Source: Macrostomum lignano (Eukaryota). Taken from it: a stretch of DNA of 61,752 bases. The notes under the pieces were generated by a model. The model was not told where the DNA came from and searched no databases. It saw only the letters and a list, made by a program, of their open reading frames with translations. Every line of letters begins with the position of its first letter. Position 1 is the stretch's first letter. This document shows, piece by piece, positions 38,701 to 49,803 of this stretch. The stretch covers positions 1-61,752 of the forward strand of contig NIVC01004074.1 of the NCBI GenBank assembly GCA_002269645.1, given 5' to 3'. Position numbers and translations under genes: made by a program.

Positions 38701-41700
38701 GGTGGGTGCTGAGAGAGACAGGGAGTGGGGTGGGTGCTGAGAGAGACAGGGAGTGGAGTGGGTGCTGAGAGAGACAGGGAGTGGGGGTGGGTGCTGAGAG
38801 AGACAGGGAGTGGAGTGGGTGCTGAGAGAGACAGGGAGTGGGGGTGGGTGCTGAGAGAGACAGGGAGTGGAGTGGGTGCTGAGAGAGACAGGGAGTGGGG
38901 GTGGGTGCTGAGAGAGACAGGGAGTGGGGGTGGGTGCTGAGATAGACAGGGAGTGGGGGTGGGTGCTGAGAGAGACAGGGAGTGGGGGTGGGTGCCGAGA
39001 GAGACAGGGAGTGGGGTGGGTGCTGAGAGAGACAGGGATTGGGGTGGGTGCTGAGAGAGACAGGGAGTGGGAGTGGGTGCTGAGAGAGACGGGAAGAGTG
39101 GTGGGTGCTGAGAGAGACAGGGAGTGGGGGTGGGTGCTGAGATAGACAGGGAGTGGGGGTGGGTGCTGAGAGAGACGGGAAGAGTGATGGGTGCTGAGAG
39201 AGACAGGGAGTGGGGTGGGTGCTGAGATAGACGGGGAGTGGGGTGAGGTAAGTGTTGAGAGAGATGAGAAGTGAGACGAATGCTGAGAGAGTCATCTTGT
39301 TATGGCCTCTAGAATTTCAGTGTTCCAGCCCAGTTATCATTGGTACGTATCTTTCTCGCAAGAAATAGTAAAAATCAACACCAAATAATTGCATGGTTGA
39401 AATACGTTCCTGTAAGCCCATAAGTCCATATAGATTTTTTGGGCTCTGATTTGACCGCCTGGTAACAATAAAAAGCCAGGATTTTACCTAATAAGGTAGA
39501 TTTTTACTGAAGTCAGTGTTCTAATGGCTAAAAAATCTTCATCTTTCTGGAGTGGCACGATGGACTGCCCCCCCCCCCCCCCCCAATTAACGCTAGTCCT
39601 GCGGGGACAACAAAATTAAGGAAATACGTGGTTGTTACTAAAAGATGAGCTGACGAGCTTATCAGATTTTTGCTTCATCCAAAAAAGTGAAAACTCGGCT
39701 TTTGCCCTCTTCTCTACAGTTTTAGCTTGTCCTGGCTTCCAGGGTGGGATAGAGGTACAAAGCTCGGATCGCCATCCGTTCGCCTTTGCCGCAGCTAATT
39801 ATCCAACAAAATAAAACGCCTTCAATACCCGAGCCACGGCCTCTACTATCGCCAACGCCCTGAGGGAAAATGTGTTTTTTCTCTTTATAGGCCTGGGGTG
39901 AAATATTTCCTGTCATCCGCGCGAGATTGAGATATAATCGGCTTTCGAAGCAGCCTTGGCAGCCTTCCGCTGACCTCCGCTAATCTTCCTCGCAGGGACA
40001 GGCGCGGACACAGCAGAAGTGACTGCTGTGTGAGATGCCAGTGTTGATGAAGCTCCCGGATAAACATACGTCGCAGCCTTCTCAAAGCGCTGATCTATTT
40101 TTTTAGCTCAGATAAAAACTTCGCTGTTGCACGACTTGTTGAATCAATTCCCACTGACCGGAGACTCAACTTTCGATGCAAGGCTTCTAGAAACTCGCCA
40201 AGTTAAACAAATATTAGGCATCCCGAGCAAAACAAACTGGTTATAAAGAGCAGTGTAAATAAGCAATTACTACTCATTTTACGCCCAGTGAGTTGTGAAA
40301 ATAGACATAGCAAAGAAATGAACACGGAAGCAAAAAATTCTATTTTCTGCTGTTCAACTCCGATGAGCTAGTCCACTACACTAAACCTATCCTCAAGCCT
40401 AATTCCTATTCCTATCCTCACTTACCCCGAACCCGCGCGCTAAAAACGGTAGAGTGCGCTTACTCCATGCGAAAAAGCCGATGTTTACGTATTTTTGGAG
40501 CGATTGTTTCTAGAGAAAAACCCCGTTGAGTGCTCAACCTCAAGAGTACTCTGAATGCTTTAGTAACTTAGAAAAGCAGAAAAATAGAGAGCACAGTGAG
40601 CTGAAGCGACTGTGAGTCTGGGCCTTCATCATGTTGGCTAGGCTTGTATTAAAGACGCTTTGATAAGCTCGCCTTCAGGCAACCTTCGCTGTATATTTAC
40701 AGTACAGCTCAATGAAGTAGCAGTGCAAGACGCCACTTCAAGCTTCGCTTATGAGAGGAAAGACTAGGATAGGCAGATCCCTACTCACTGCTCATGGAGT
40801 TCTAGCGACATTGATTTCGTATAGCTCTTATTGCATACCGCGTTCCATCGCGTCCTATCTTCTCGTTTTAGGGAATTTGAGACAGAGAAATTAGAGGGTA
40901 TGAAAACAACAAAGGATGGTTATGGCTACCTATCCACTGTTAACCAGACTCTAGCACTCAAGAAAAAGCTTTTTTAGCCATGCATTTGTATCGGGCTAGG
41001 TCTTTGTCAGACTAATTTAAATTAGCGTCTGACTAGCTACAGTCTGCGTCAGTTTGTCTGTCTCCTTGGTCAGACTAGCTACAATTTGTGTCAGACTAGC
41101 TACAATTTGTGTCAGACTAGCTACAATTTGTGTCAGACTAGCTACAATTTGTGTCAGACTAGCTACAATTTGTGTCAGACTAGCTACAATTTGTGTCAGA
41201 CTAGCTACAATTTGTGTCAGACTAGCTACAATTTGTGTCAGACTAGCTACAATTTGTGTCAGACTAGCTACAATTTGTGTCAGACTAGCTACAATTTGTG
41301 TCAGACTAGCTACAATTTGTGTCAGACTAGCTACAATTTGTGTCAGACTAGCTACAATTTGTGTCAGACTAGCTACAATTTGTGTCAGACTAGCTACAAT
41401 TTGTGTCAGACTAGCTACAATTTGTGTCAGACTAGCTACAATTTGTGTCAGACTAGCTACAATTCGTGTCAGACTAGCTACAATTCGTGTCAGACTAGCT
41501 ACAATTTGTGTCATACTAGCTACAATTTGTGTTATACTAGCTAAAATGTGTGTCAGACTAGCTACAATTTGTGTCAGACTAGTTACAATTTGTGTCAGTC
41601 TAGCTACGATTTGTGTCAGACTAGCTAAAATTTGTGTCAGACTAGCTACAATTTGTGTCAGACTAGTTACAATTTGTGTCAGACTAGCTACAATTTGTGT

Positions 41701-42767
41701 CATACTAGCTACAATTTGTGTTATACTAGCTAAAATTTGTGTCAGACTAGCTACAATTTGTGTCAGACTAGTTACAATTTGTGTCAGTCTAGCTACGATT
41801 TGTGTCAGACTAGCTAAAATTTGTGTCAGACTAGCTAAAATTTGTGTCAGACTAGCTACAATTTGTGTCAGACTAGCTACAATTTGTGTCAGTCTAGCTA
41901 CGATTTGTGTCAGACTAGCTAAAATTTGTGTCAGACTAGCTACAATTTGTGTCAGACTAGCTACAATTTGTGTCATACTTTATATTCGACTTTCTCTTAT
42001 GTTGTCAAAGTCCGGTAAAAATCATTTGAACTCACCGGATTCGGCGCGTTGTGAGCCGACGGCAGCCGGGTGAGTCGCCCAGCCGCTGACGCGGCCGCTC
42101 GCTTTTTGAGCCGACGTCGGAGAGCAAAAAAGATGCTGATGTACAGCGACACGATGATCACAGCGGGGATATAGAAGCTGCCAAGAGCGCTGAACACGAT
42201 GTAGCCTTTGTCGTTGGGAAGCTGGCAGCGATCGACAGAGTCGGTGCCGTTAGGAACACCTGAGCCTCTGGCTGAGCCCCAGCTCAGCACGGGCCCGACG
42301 CTGATGGCGCAGCTGAGGCCGAAGACGGCGGCAATCATAATCAGCACGGTGGTCATCGTCCGCTTGCTGGCGTACAGAATCGGATATTTGATGGCGCCAT
42401 AGCGATCCACAGCGATGGCCGCGAGGTTCAAGATGCTAGCCGTGCAGAAGAAAATGTCCGAAGTGGTGAACACGGTGCACACAATGTCCGGCAGTAGCCA
42501 GACGTCGTTGGTCAGGTAGACTTTGACCTGCAGCGGCAGCACCAGGAGGCCAACCGCCATGTCGGCGCAAGCCAAGCTAACGATGAGAAAGTTCTGCGCC
42601 TGCCGGAGCTCCCGGTAGGTGAACACGGCGAGGATGACAAGGATATTGCCGACCACAGTCAGCAGGATGACGATGCTCATCAGCGGTACGGCCAGCCATT
42701 TCTCCACGGGCACGGAGCTCAGCACTGGCACCGGCAGCACGGTGCTGACTTCCTGATTTTCGGACAT
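32787..42767 (-). CDS. Class A aminergic GPCR, tyramine receptor 1 (Oct-TyrR/TAR1)-like, about 418 aa. Exons 42036-42767 and 32787-33311.
   Basis: TM3 Asp (TSDIFFCTASILNLAAIAVDRY), TM5 [63 protein letters not shown]. Phase-0 donor CCG/GTGAGT and acceptor CCACAG/GAT. Extra ICL3 exons in the 8.7-kb intron cannot be excluded. Confidence 0.88.
33371..33890. repeat. Pentamer microsatellite (CTCAY)n, about 100 copies
   Basis: Direct reading. Confidence 0.95.
34610..34968 (-). mobile_element. tRNA-derived SINE, apparently full length, with A-rich tail
   Basis: Minus strand begins GGGGGCCGTAGCCCAGCGGTCTAGCG (A box) ... GGCTCGATTCC (B box), has a central GGCCGCTGTACAC..GTGTGAGTGTG domain, and ends CTCTGAAAAAAAA. 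Confidence 0.7.
38305..39290. repeat. G-rich minisatellite, 27-28-bp unit GTGGGTGCTGAGAGAGACAGGGAGTGG(G/A)
   Basis: Direct reading. Confidence 0.95.
41066..41977. repeat. Minisatellite, 21-bp unit TCAGACTAGCTACAATTTGTG, about 43 copies
   Basis: Direct reading. Confidence 0.96.
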
Positions 42768-43220
42768 GGTTTCTGCTTCTGCTGAGGTCTGCGGCGCTCT
42801 GCAACACTGAAGCTCTCTACAGAGGCTAAATGGTAAAATAAAAAGCAGCCACAGCTTTCATGACGCCAGTTCCATCGCCATTGACTGGGCCCAGCTGTCC
42901 AATCAGCGCGGGTCTGGCTGGGGATGGTGGCACATGATATTGAGACGCAAAATTCAATAGCTGCACGTATAACGGCATTACTACCAGTAGTTGAGTAAGC
43001 GCACAGGCTCGAATTATGCAAATACGGCAGCGACTCAGTTCGTAGAACAGACATTCTAAAAGTAAAAGTTGATGAAAACATTGCTCCCAGTGTAAAACTG
43101 ATCACTGAATATTTATCAAGCTTACCTGTCAACGGTTAAAAAGATCTTCATCTATCGCTAGGTTTTAATAAAATTAATATTTTCTGTCCCGCAAACATTG
43201 ACTTCAATTTTCATCGATAC

Positions 43221-43550
43221 TCCAGAGCTACCAGGATATCTATCTACCAGGGTATCTATCCACCTCCAGAGCTATCAGGATATCTATCTACCAGGGTATC
43301 TATCCACCTCCAAAGCTATCTGGATATCTATCTACCAGGGTATCTATCCACCTCCAGAGCTATCAGGATATCTATCTACCAGGGTATCTATCCACCTCCA
43401 AAGCTATCAGGATATCTATCTACCAGGACATCTATCTACCTCCAGAGCTACCAGGACATCTATCCACCTCCAGAGCTACCAGGACATCTATCCACCTCCA
43501 GATCTACAGGATATCTGTCCACCTCCAGAGCTATCAGAATATCTATCCGC
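43221..43550. repeat. Minisatellite, 44-bp unit CCAGAGCTATCAGGATATCTATCTACCAGGGTATCTATCCACCT, decaying rightwards
   Basis: Unit starts at 43222 and 43266. Confidence 0.85.
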
Positions 43551-44147
43551 ATCACCACCTGTCTTTTGCAGTATGTTTTATGAAGTATTTCCCGCATTTG
43601 TAAATTTCCTAGAGTGTACTCTATTTATTTTCTCACAGTAAGTCCACCCCTGTGGTTTTACTCGCAGTAGTATGCTGACGAAATTTCGTTATTCAATCAA
43701 AATTAAATATGAACTCATTGAGAACTTGTTTATTTCCAATCATAGGATTAAACATTTTTGGGCTTCTTGTATAAGCGTTTACCAACTTTACAGCGATGTT
43801 AATATTTATGGGAAGTTTTACGAGCGTATGATAGCATTAATGGGAATTATTTCTACCAGCTACAGCTGTTATAAAAATGTTAGAAATTTTCAGCTAGCGT
43901 GCTGTGTGAGTATCTCTAGGATCGGCTGCATGACTGACTATGTGGCCTGGCGTGCAGACGGATCCCAGAATCACATTTGAGTGACTGCCAGCTCTTGCTG
44001 TTAGATATCGCTTGTAGAGACCTTTTCAAAAAATCAATTGCCAAATTTGAAGAGCTGGCGGTCTACTTATGCACTTTCTGGGGGATCCGGGGTTCTGGCT
44101 GCGAGGCTGTTTGATGTGTCGAGAATTTTTAACACTTTTCAACGCAG

Positions 44148-44512
44148 TTGCAACACATCTGCAACACATCTGCAACACATCTGCAACACATCTGCAACAC
44201 ATCTGCATCACATCTGCAACACATCTGCAACACATCTGCATCACATCTGCAACACATCTGCAACACATCTGCAACACAGCTGCAACACATCTGCAACACA
44301 TCTGCAACACATCTGCAACACAGCTGCAACACATCTGCAACACATCTGCAACACATCTGCAACACATCTGCAACACATCTGCAACACATCTGCAACACAT
44401 CTGCAACACATCTGCAACACAGCTGCAACACAGCTGCAACACATCTGCAACACATCTGCAACACATCTGCAACACATCTGCAACACATCTGCAACACATC
44501 TGCAACACATCT
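44148..44512. repeat. Minisatellite, 11-bp unit TGCAACACATC, about 33 copies
   Basis: Direct reading. Confidence 0.95.
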
Positions 44513-44980
44513 GTAAAACAGCTGTCACTCTAAAACGTGGCAGAAATGAGAAATTATGCGCAGTTACCTTGAGTCTCAAGTCTTGAGGCTTGAGTCTAAA
44601 ATCATTTTTAGAAGCTGTTTTGCCATTTTGACCATGACCATTAATTAAGCTAAATAAAGTACAAAAATTTAGCTGAGCTTAGTTGTGACATTCAACGGTT
44701 TTTAGGCTCAAGACAGGCAGGTGAAATCGCAAAGCTTCTCAATAATAAACGCAGTAATCGTGGACTCAGTGCACTTGCACTGAATAAAGGCTATTGTCGT
44801 GTGACTAATAATCTGTTTAAATGTTTATGGCCTACTATTGAGCGGTGGTCATTGATACATGTACGCTAACAGTCCCCGCTTTGAAATCAATATTTAAGCG
44901 ACTAAAATGTAGCCATAAGACAATGTGATTGTGCGTATGGTTTCATCATAGACAATGATTCATTTTTTCTTAGACATTAG

Positions 44981-46200
44981 ACACAATCTGCCCTCACTGT
45001 CTGACTCAAACACCATAGACACAATCTGCCCTCACTGTCTGACTCAAGCACCATAGACACAATCTGCCCTCACTGTCTGACTCAAGCATCATAGACACAA
45101 TCTGCCCTCACTGTCTGACTCAAGCACCATAGACACAATCTGCCCTCACTGTCTGACTCAAGCATCATAGACACAATCTGCCCTCACTGTCTGACTCAAG
45201 CATCATAGACACAATCTGCCCTCACTGTCTGACTCAAGCACCATAGACACAATCTGCCCTCACTGTCTGACTCAAACATCATAGACACAATCTGCCCTCA
45301 CTGTCTGACTCAAGCATCATAGACACAATCTGCCCTCACTGTCTGACTCAAGCATCATAGACACAATCTGCCCTCACTGTCTGACTCAAGCATCATAGAC
45401 ACAATCTGCCATCACTGTCTGACTCAAGCATCATAGACACAATCTGCCATCACTGTCTGACTCAAGCACCATAGACACAATCTGCCATCACTGTCTGACT
45501 CAAGCATCATAGACACAATCTGCCCTCACTGTCTGACTCAAGCATCATAGACACAATCTGCCCTCACTGTCTGACTCAAGCACCATAGACACAATCTGCC
45601 CTCACTGTCTGACTCAAACACCATAGACACAATCTGCCCTCACTGTCTGACTCAAACACCATAGACACAAGCTGCCCTCACTGTCTGACTCAAGCATCAT
45701 AGACACAATCTGCCCTCACTGTCTGACTCAGGCATCATAGACACAATCTGCCCTCACTGTCTGACTCAAGCATCATAGACACAATCTGCCATCACTGTCT
45801 GACTCAAGCATCATAGACACAATCTGCCATCACTGTCTGACTCAAGCACCATAGACACAATCTGCCCTCACTGTCTGACTCAAGCACCATAGACACAACC
45901 TGCCATCACTGTCTGACTCAAGCACCATAGACACAATCTGCCATCACTGTCTGACTCAAGCATCATAGACACAATCTGCCCTCACTGTCTGACTCAAGCA
46001 TCATAGACACAATCTGCCATCACTGTCTGACTCAAGCATCATAGACACAATCTGCCATCACTGTCTGACTCAAGCACCATAGACACAATCTGCCATCACT
46101 GTCTGACTCAAGCACCATAGACACAACCTGCCATCACTGTCTGACTCAAGCACCATAGACACAACCTGCCATCACTGTCTGACTCAAACACCATAGACAC
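44981..46200. repeat. Minisatellite, 38-bp unit ATAGACACAATCTGCCCTCACTGTCTGACTCAAGCACC, about 32 copies
   Basis: Head-to-tail units with no unique spacers. Confidence 0.96.
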
Positions 46201-47189
46201 AAACGCCATTTTGTTTGCCTTACCACCTCATGGATTGATGAGATTTTGTTGCTTAAGATAAGTTGCTAATTCTGGATTCAAAATCGCACTTGTGCATTCC
46301 TTCAAGATATCACAGCAATAAATCAGAACTTTTTAAAAAGGATAAGCATTGGATGAATTTAGTTTCTCGATGGTGCTTAAATTTATACATTGATACTAAT
46401 AACTCGCGCGTGCATCGTGGATTTTTTAAATTAGCCACTGTTAGAAGTCCACGACATGGATGATGAATTGAAAGCTCTCGAAAAAGGCGACTTCCAATTC
46501 GAGCTACGAGTATATTCTCCGACCCATAAATTCTTCGGTAACTTTAATTTAGGAACAGCTCAAAACTTAAAGTTTATCCGTGGAAATATTCAAAAAAATT
46601 CGACGCCATATCAATCGATTGAAGCGACTTATTCGAATTAAGTTGCTCTCAAGCTTACCATTTCGGAAGGAGAGCGTCATCTGAGAGATCTAAATTATGC
46701 ATTTCAGCCAGACTCTTCAAGGATATTCAGACAATGGAATAGCTGCTATGAACATTGCGGCTGGGAGAATTTCAGTGGTTAAGGAGGTTGCCAAAGTTTT
46801 TTAATTACCTCCGTCAAAAGTCCTTTTGAAAGGCATAGCATGCTGCTTAAGTCTAAGATATCCGCAACGTCACATCTGTACCTAAAGCTAAGTCCGTAGA
46901 AATCTCCTGCAACTAACGACAAAGCAGATAAATTTGTCGATATTTCCTCTTTCGATCTGACTGGTTGCCCGGCTCGCCCAATGGGAGAAGTTTTGACCAG
47001 TCGGATGGGCAATACAAAGCAGGGCGGGACGAGACCGTGGCCAGCCTTTGCCACTCGGATTTCCTTAACATATTGAACCGAAAGTTCACAAACAGGCCTC
47101 TGCCTCTCTGAAGCTGCATTTCTAATCCTTTTTTGCACTGGAAAGCATGGCGGACAACTCAACGGAGTGAGTTCAAAAGTTGTTGGTTA

Positions 47190-47850
47190 AATGTTTTTAT
47201 TGTTTTTTTCAGTAGGCCAGCGTCTAACTAGATGACGAGGCATTTGACAGGCTTGCGACACTATGCTGCCATGCAGGCTTGTTAAATAGGAACTCACTGA
47301 TGAACGTCTCTAAAATGCAGCGGATCTTACTTTTGACTCAGCTGCAGGGTGGTCCGTAGACACAGAGGGGAGGCGAGGGTCGCCCATTCCGCTAGCCCCT
47401 GAAAGCCTGCAGACAGGCAGAGGCGTGGGGCCGGTCAGGGTGGTCCGCCGGTCAGTCCTGCAGCGTGATCTTCCGTAGAGAAGAAAGTGGCTCGTCTTGT
47501 CGCCCGGAGGAGCTGGATGAGCCGTGGGATGCTGTCGGGCTGGCAGACCTTGTCAATGGACGGGTTCGGCCCGAGGTAACACAGCCGGTCTCTGGTGAAG
47601 AAAGGACAGTGACAAACAAAGTGCTGAGCATCTTCATTGTCGTACTCGCAAAAAGGGCAAAGTTCACTCTCGAAGTCGCCTTGGAGGAAGTAGTGCCAGG
47701 CGAGGTAGCCATGGCCGGCAAAGGTCATGACAAGGGCTCGAATATCCTTCCGATTTTGGTTCAGAAAGACGTTTCTGAGCCTGCGAGAGGGGCAGCGGGT
47801 TGATCAATTTTCGCGCAAATCGTCCAAACCTGCAGCAGAGACAGTTCACA
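47190..47850 (-). mobile_element. 5'-truncated, frameshifted non-LTR retrotransposon 3' end (I/Loa-like C-terminal CCHC knuckle) with 3' UTR and A-rich tail
   Basis: NRKDIRALVMTFAGHGYLAWH...LCPFCEYDNEDAQHFVCHCPFFTRDR matches the TGHG...CxxC...H...CP...R pattern of LINE ORF2 C-termini. Frameshift near 47765. Tail GAAAAAAACAATAAAAAC near 47192-47210. Confidence 0.7.
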
Positions 47851-48335
47851 CTTCACAGGCAGAATCGAGCGCCGACTCAGGTTTCTTATTGACAGTTCGT
47901 GTTTGTCTTCTTATCTTGCGGACCCGATTGATTTGAGTTCAAACTTAAGAAACCGAAGACGGGCAGTAGCCCACCGAGGGTGGGGGTGCTTCAGGAATTG
48001 TATAATTTGAGCAGACTGATCCAACAGACTGCGGCTAAGAGCCAGAGAGGCGAATAGTTTGCCAATCGATTGAAAAGTGGGCGCTGCCGCTGACATTCCC
48101 AGAAAGCAACATTATGAAGTGTCCCATGTATTTAGTATTGACTTTCAAGTTTTAGTTCCTCTTCTATTCAAGTGAGTGCTTTTTATCAGCCTTCACTCCC
48201 TGCTCCTAGTAAAGCTTTGATTCCATTTTACTCAACCATTCTTTCTTGCGGCTCTACGGGTGGCTGCACTTTTCTGGAGAGGTTTGATACGAGCTAGTAG
48301 TAGGTGAGTGAGGTCGATTGGTTGGTAGCTAAGGT

Positions 48336-48732
48336 AGATAGGTAGGTAGATAGGTAGGTAGGTAGGTAGGTAGGTAGGCAGGTAGGTAGGTAGGTAGGTA
48401 GGTAGAGAGGTAGGTAGGTAGGCAAGTAGGTAGGTAGGTAGGCAGGTAGGTAGGTAGGTAGGTAGGTAGGTAGAGAGGTAGGTAGGTAGGTAGGTAGGTA
48501 GGTAGGTAGGTAGGTAGGTAGGTAGGTAGGTAGGTAGGTAGGTAGGTAGGTAGGCAGGTAGGTAGGTAGGTAGGTAGGTAGGTAGGTAGGTAGGTAGGTA
48601 GGTAGGTAGGTAGGTAGGTAGGTAGGTAGGTAGGTAGAGAGGTAGGTAGGTAGGTAGGTAGGTAGGTAGGTAGGTAGGTAGGTAGGTAGGTAGAGAGGTA
48701 GGTAGGTAGGCAGGTAGGTAGGTAGGTAGGTG
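48336..48732. repeat. (TAGG)n microsatellite
   Basis: Direct reading. Confidence 0.95.
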
Positions 48733-49661
48733 GCTACGAATGAGATCGATTTTGCCAATCTTCCCTCTTCATCAGCCCCTTTGTTTCCAGATTCCAAAAT
48801 AGTAGAGTTTCAGTTTTATTCAGTCCCCTTGAGCCGCATCGCTTCACCGGCTTTATCAATCAAGATTTTTTAGAGCAGGGCTGCCCGGGCTGCCCCTGCC
48901 CTGTCATTGCCAGTGGCGCCGCTAATTCTCTGTATAGTTTATGCTCCCCACCCACCTGTAAACCTTGGTGGCGTGGGAGACTGCCTGGCGCGGCTTCTTT
49001 ATGATATCGGCTATGAATTTTTGAAAAGTGCCACGCAGCATGCAAGAGCAGACACGCAAACGAATCATCTAGCTGCGTATTTTCACCCTCGCTTGTATTA
49101 AGTTGCCGTTCTCCGCACTGTGCACCGCTAGCGGCACCTGCGGGGGCAAGTTGCTTGAAACAGGAGAAGGAAGTCAGGCAGCGGCATTAATGATGCAGCC
49201 GCAGGCCTCTGGGACGGAGGCTCCTTCGAGGTAGGGGAGACCTGTAGCTAAACCGCAGCAGGGAATATAAATTATTGCTGGGACTCTTCTAGGAGCTCTT
49301 CTTACTCTTTTGCCAGACTAATTGACGGCAGGCAGTTGAGCAACACGCAAGCGTTCTAACATATTCCTTCAAGCTCGCCTCTCATTGTCTCAGACCATCT
49401 TGTGTAAAACCAAAATGGAAGAATATTTGCTTAGCAGCAAAGTCACCTGCCGAGTTTTTGGCCATTGTTTCTTTTGGTGACGAAGATGGATATTGTGGAA
49501 GAAGAATATTACTAGAATTAGCAAAAGCATTCAAAACATTGGAGGATAACTCTTATATAAGCATTCAATAACTATTACGCAGATATATACTTTAATTAGA
49601 ATAGCAGCACTATTTACCTTTTCTAGCTTCAAACCTTTTCCTAACTGCCTACTTTCTACTT

Positions 49662-49803
49662 ACTTACCTACCTACCAACCAACCTACCTACCTACCTACC
49701 TACCTACCTACCTACCTACCTACCTACCTACCTACCTACCTACCTACCTACCTACCTACCTATCTACCTACCTACCTACCTATCTACCCACCTACCTACC
49801 TAC
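49662..49803. repeat. (CCTA)n microsatellite, inverted relative to 48336-48732
   Basis: Direct reading. Confidence 0.93.

Noticed and set aside
39885-40075. Possible extra ICL3 exon of the tyramine receptor (RFEKAATYVYPG...)
   Set aside because: A phase-0 acceptor exists but there is no strong phase-0 donor, and the frame ends in a stop.
41017-41976. 319-aa heptad ORF (LTQIVAS)n resembling a coiled coil, on the GPCR sense strand
   Set aside because: It follows automatically from a stop-free 21-bp unit, is out of frame with exon 1, and has no convincing splice acceptor.
44981-46200. 38-bp repeat array as a CRISPR array
   Set aside because: Units are head-to-tail with no unique spacers, and there are no cas genes in a eukaryotic context.
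46779-47162. ORF with PH-domain-like ELSVQYVKEIRVAK
   Set aside because: Similarity is limited to a few residues, with no supporting exon structure.
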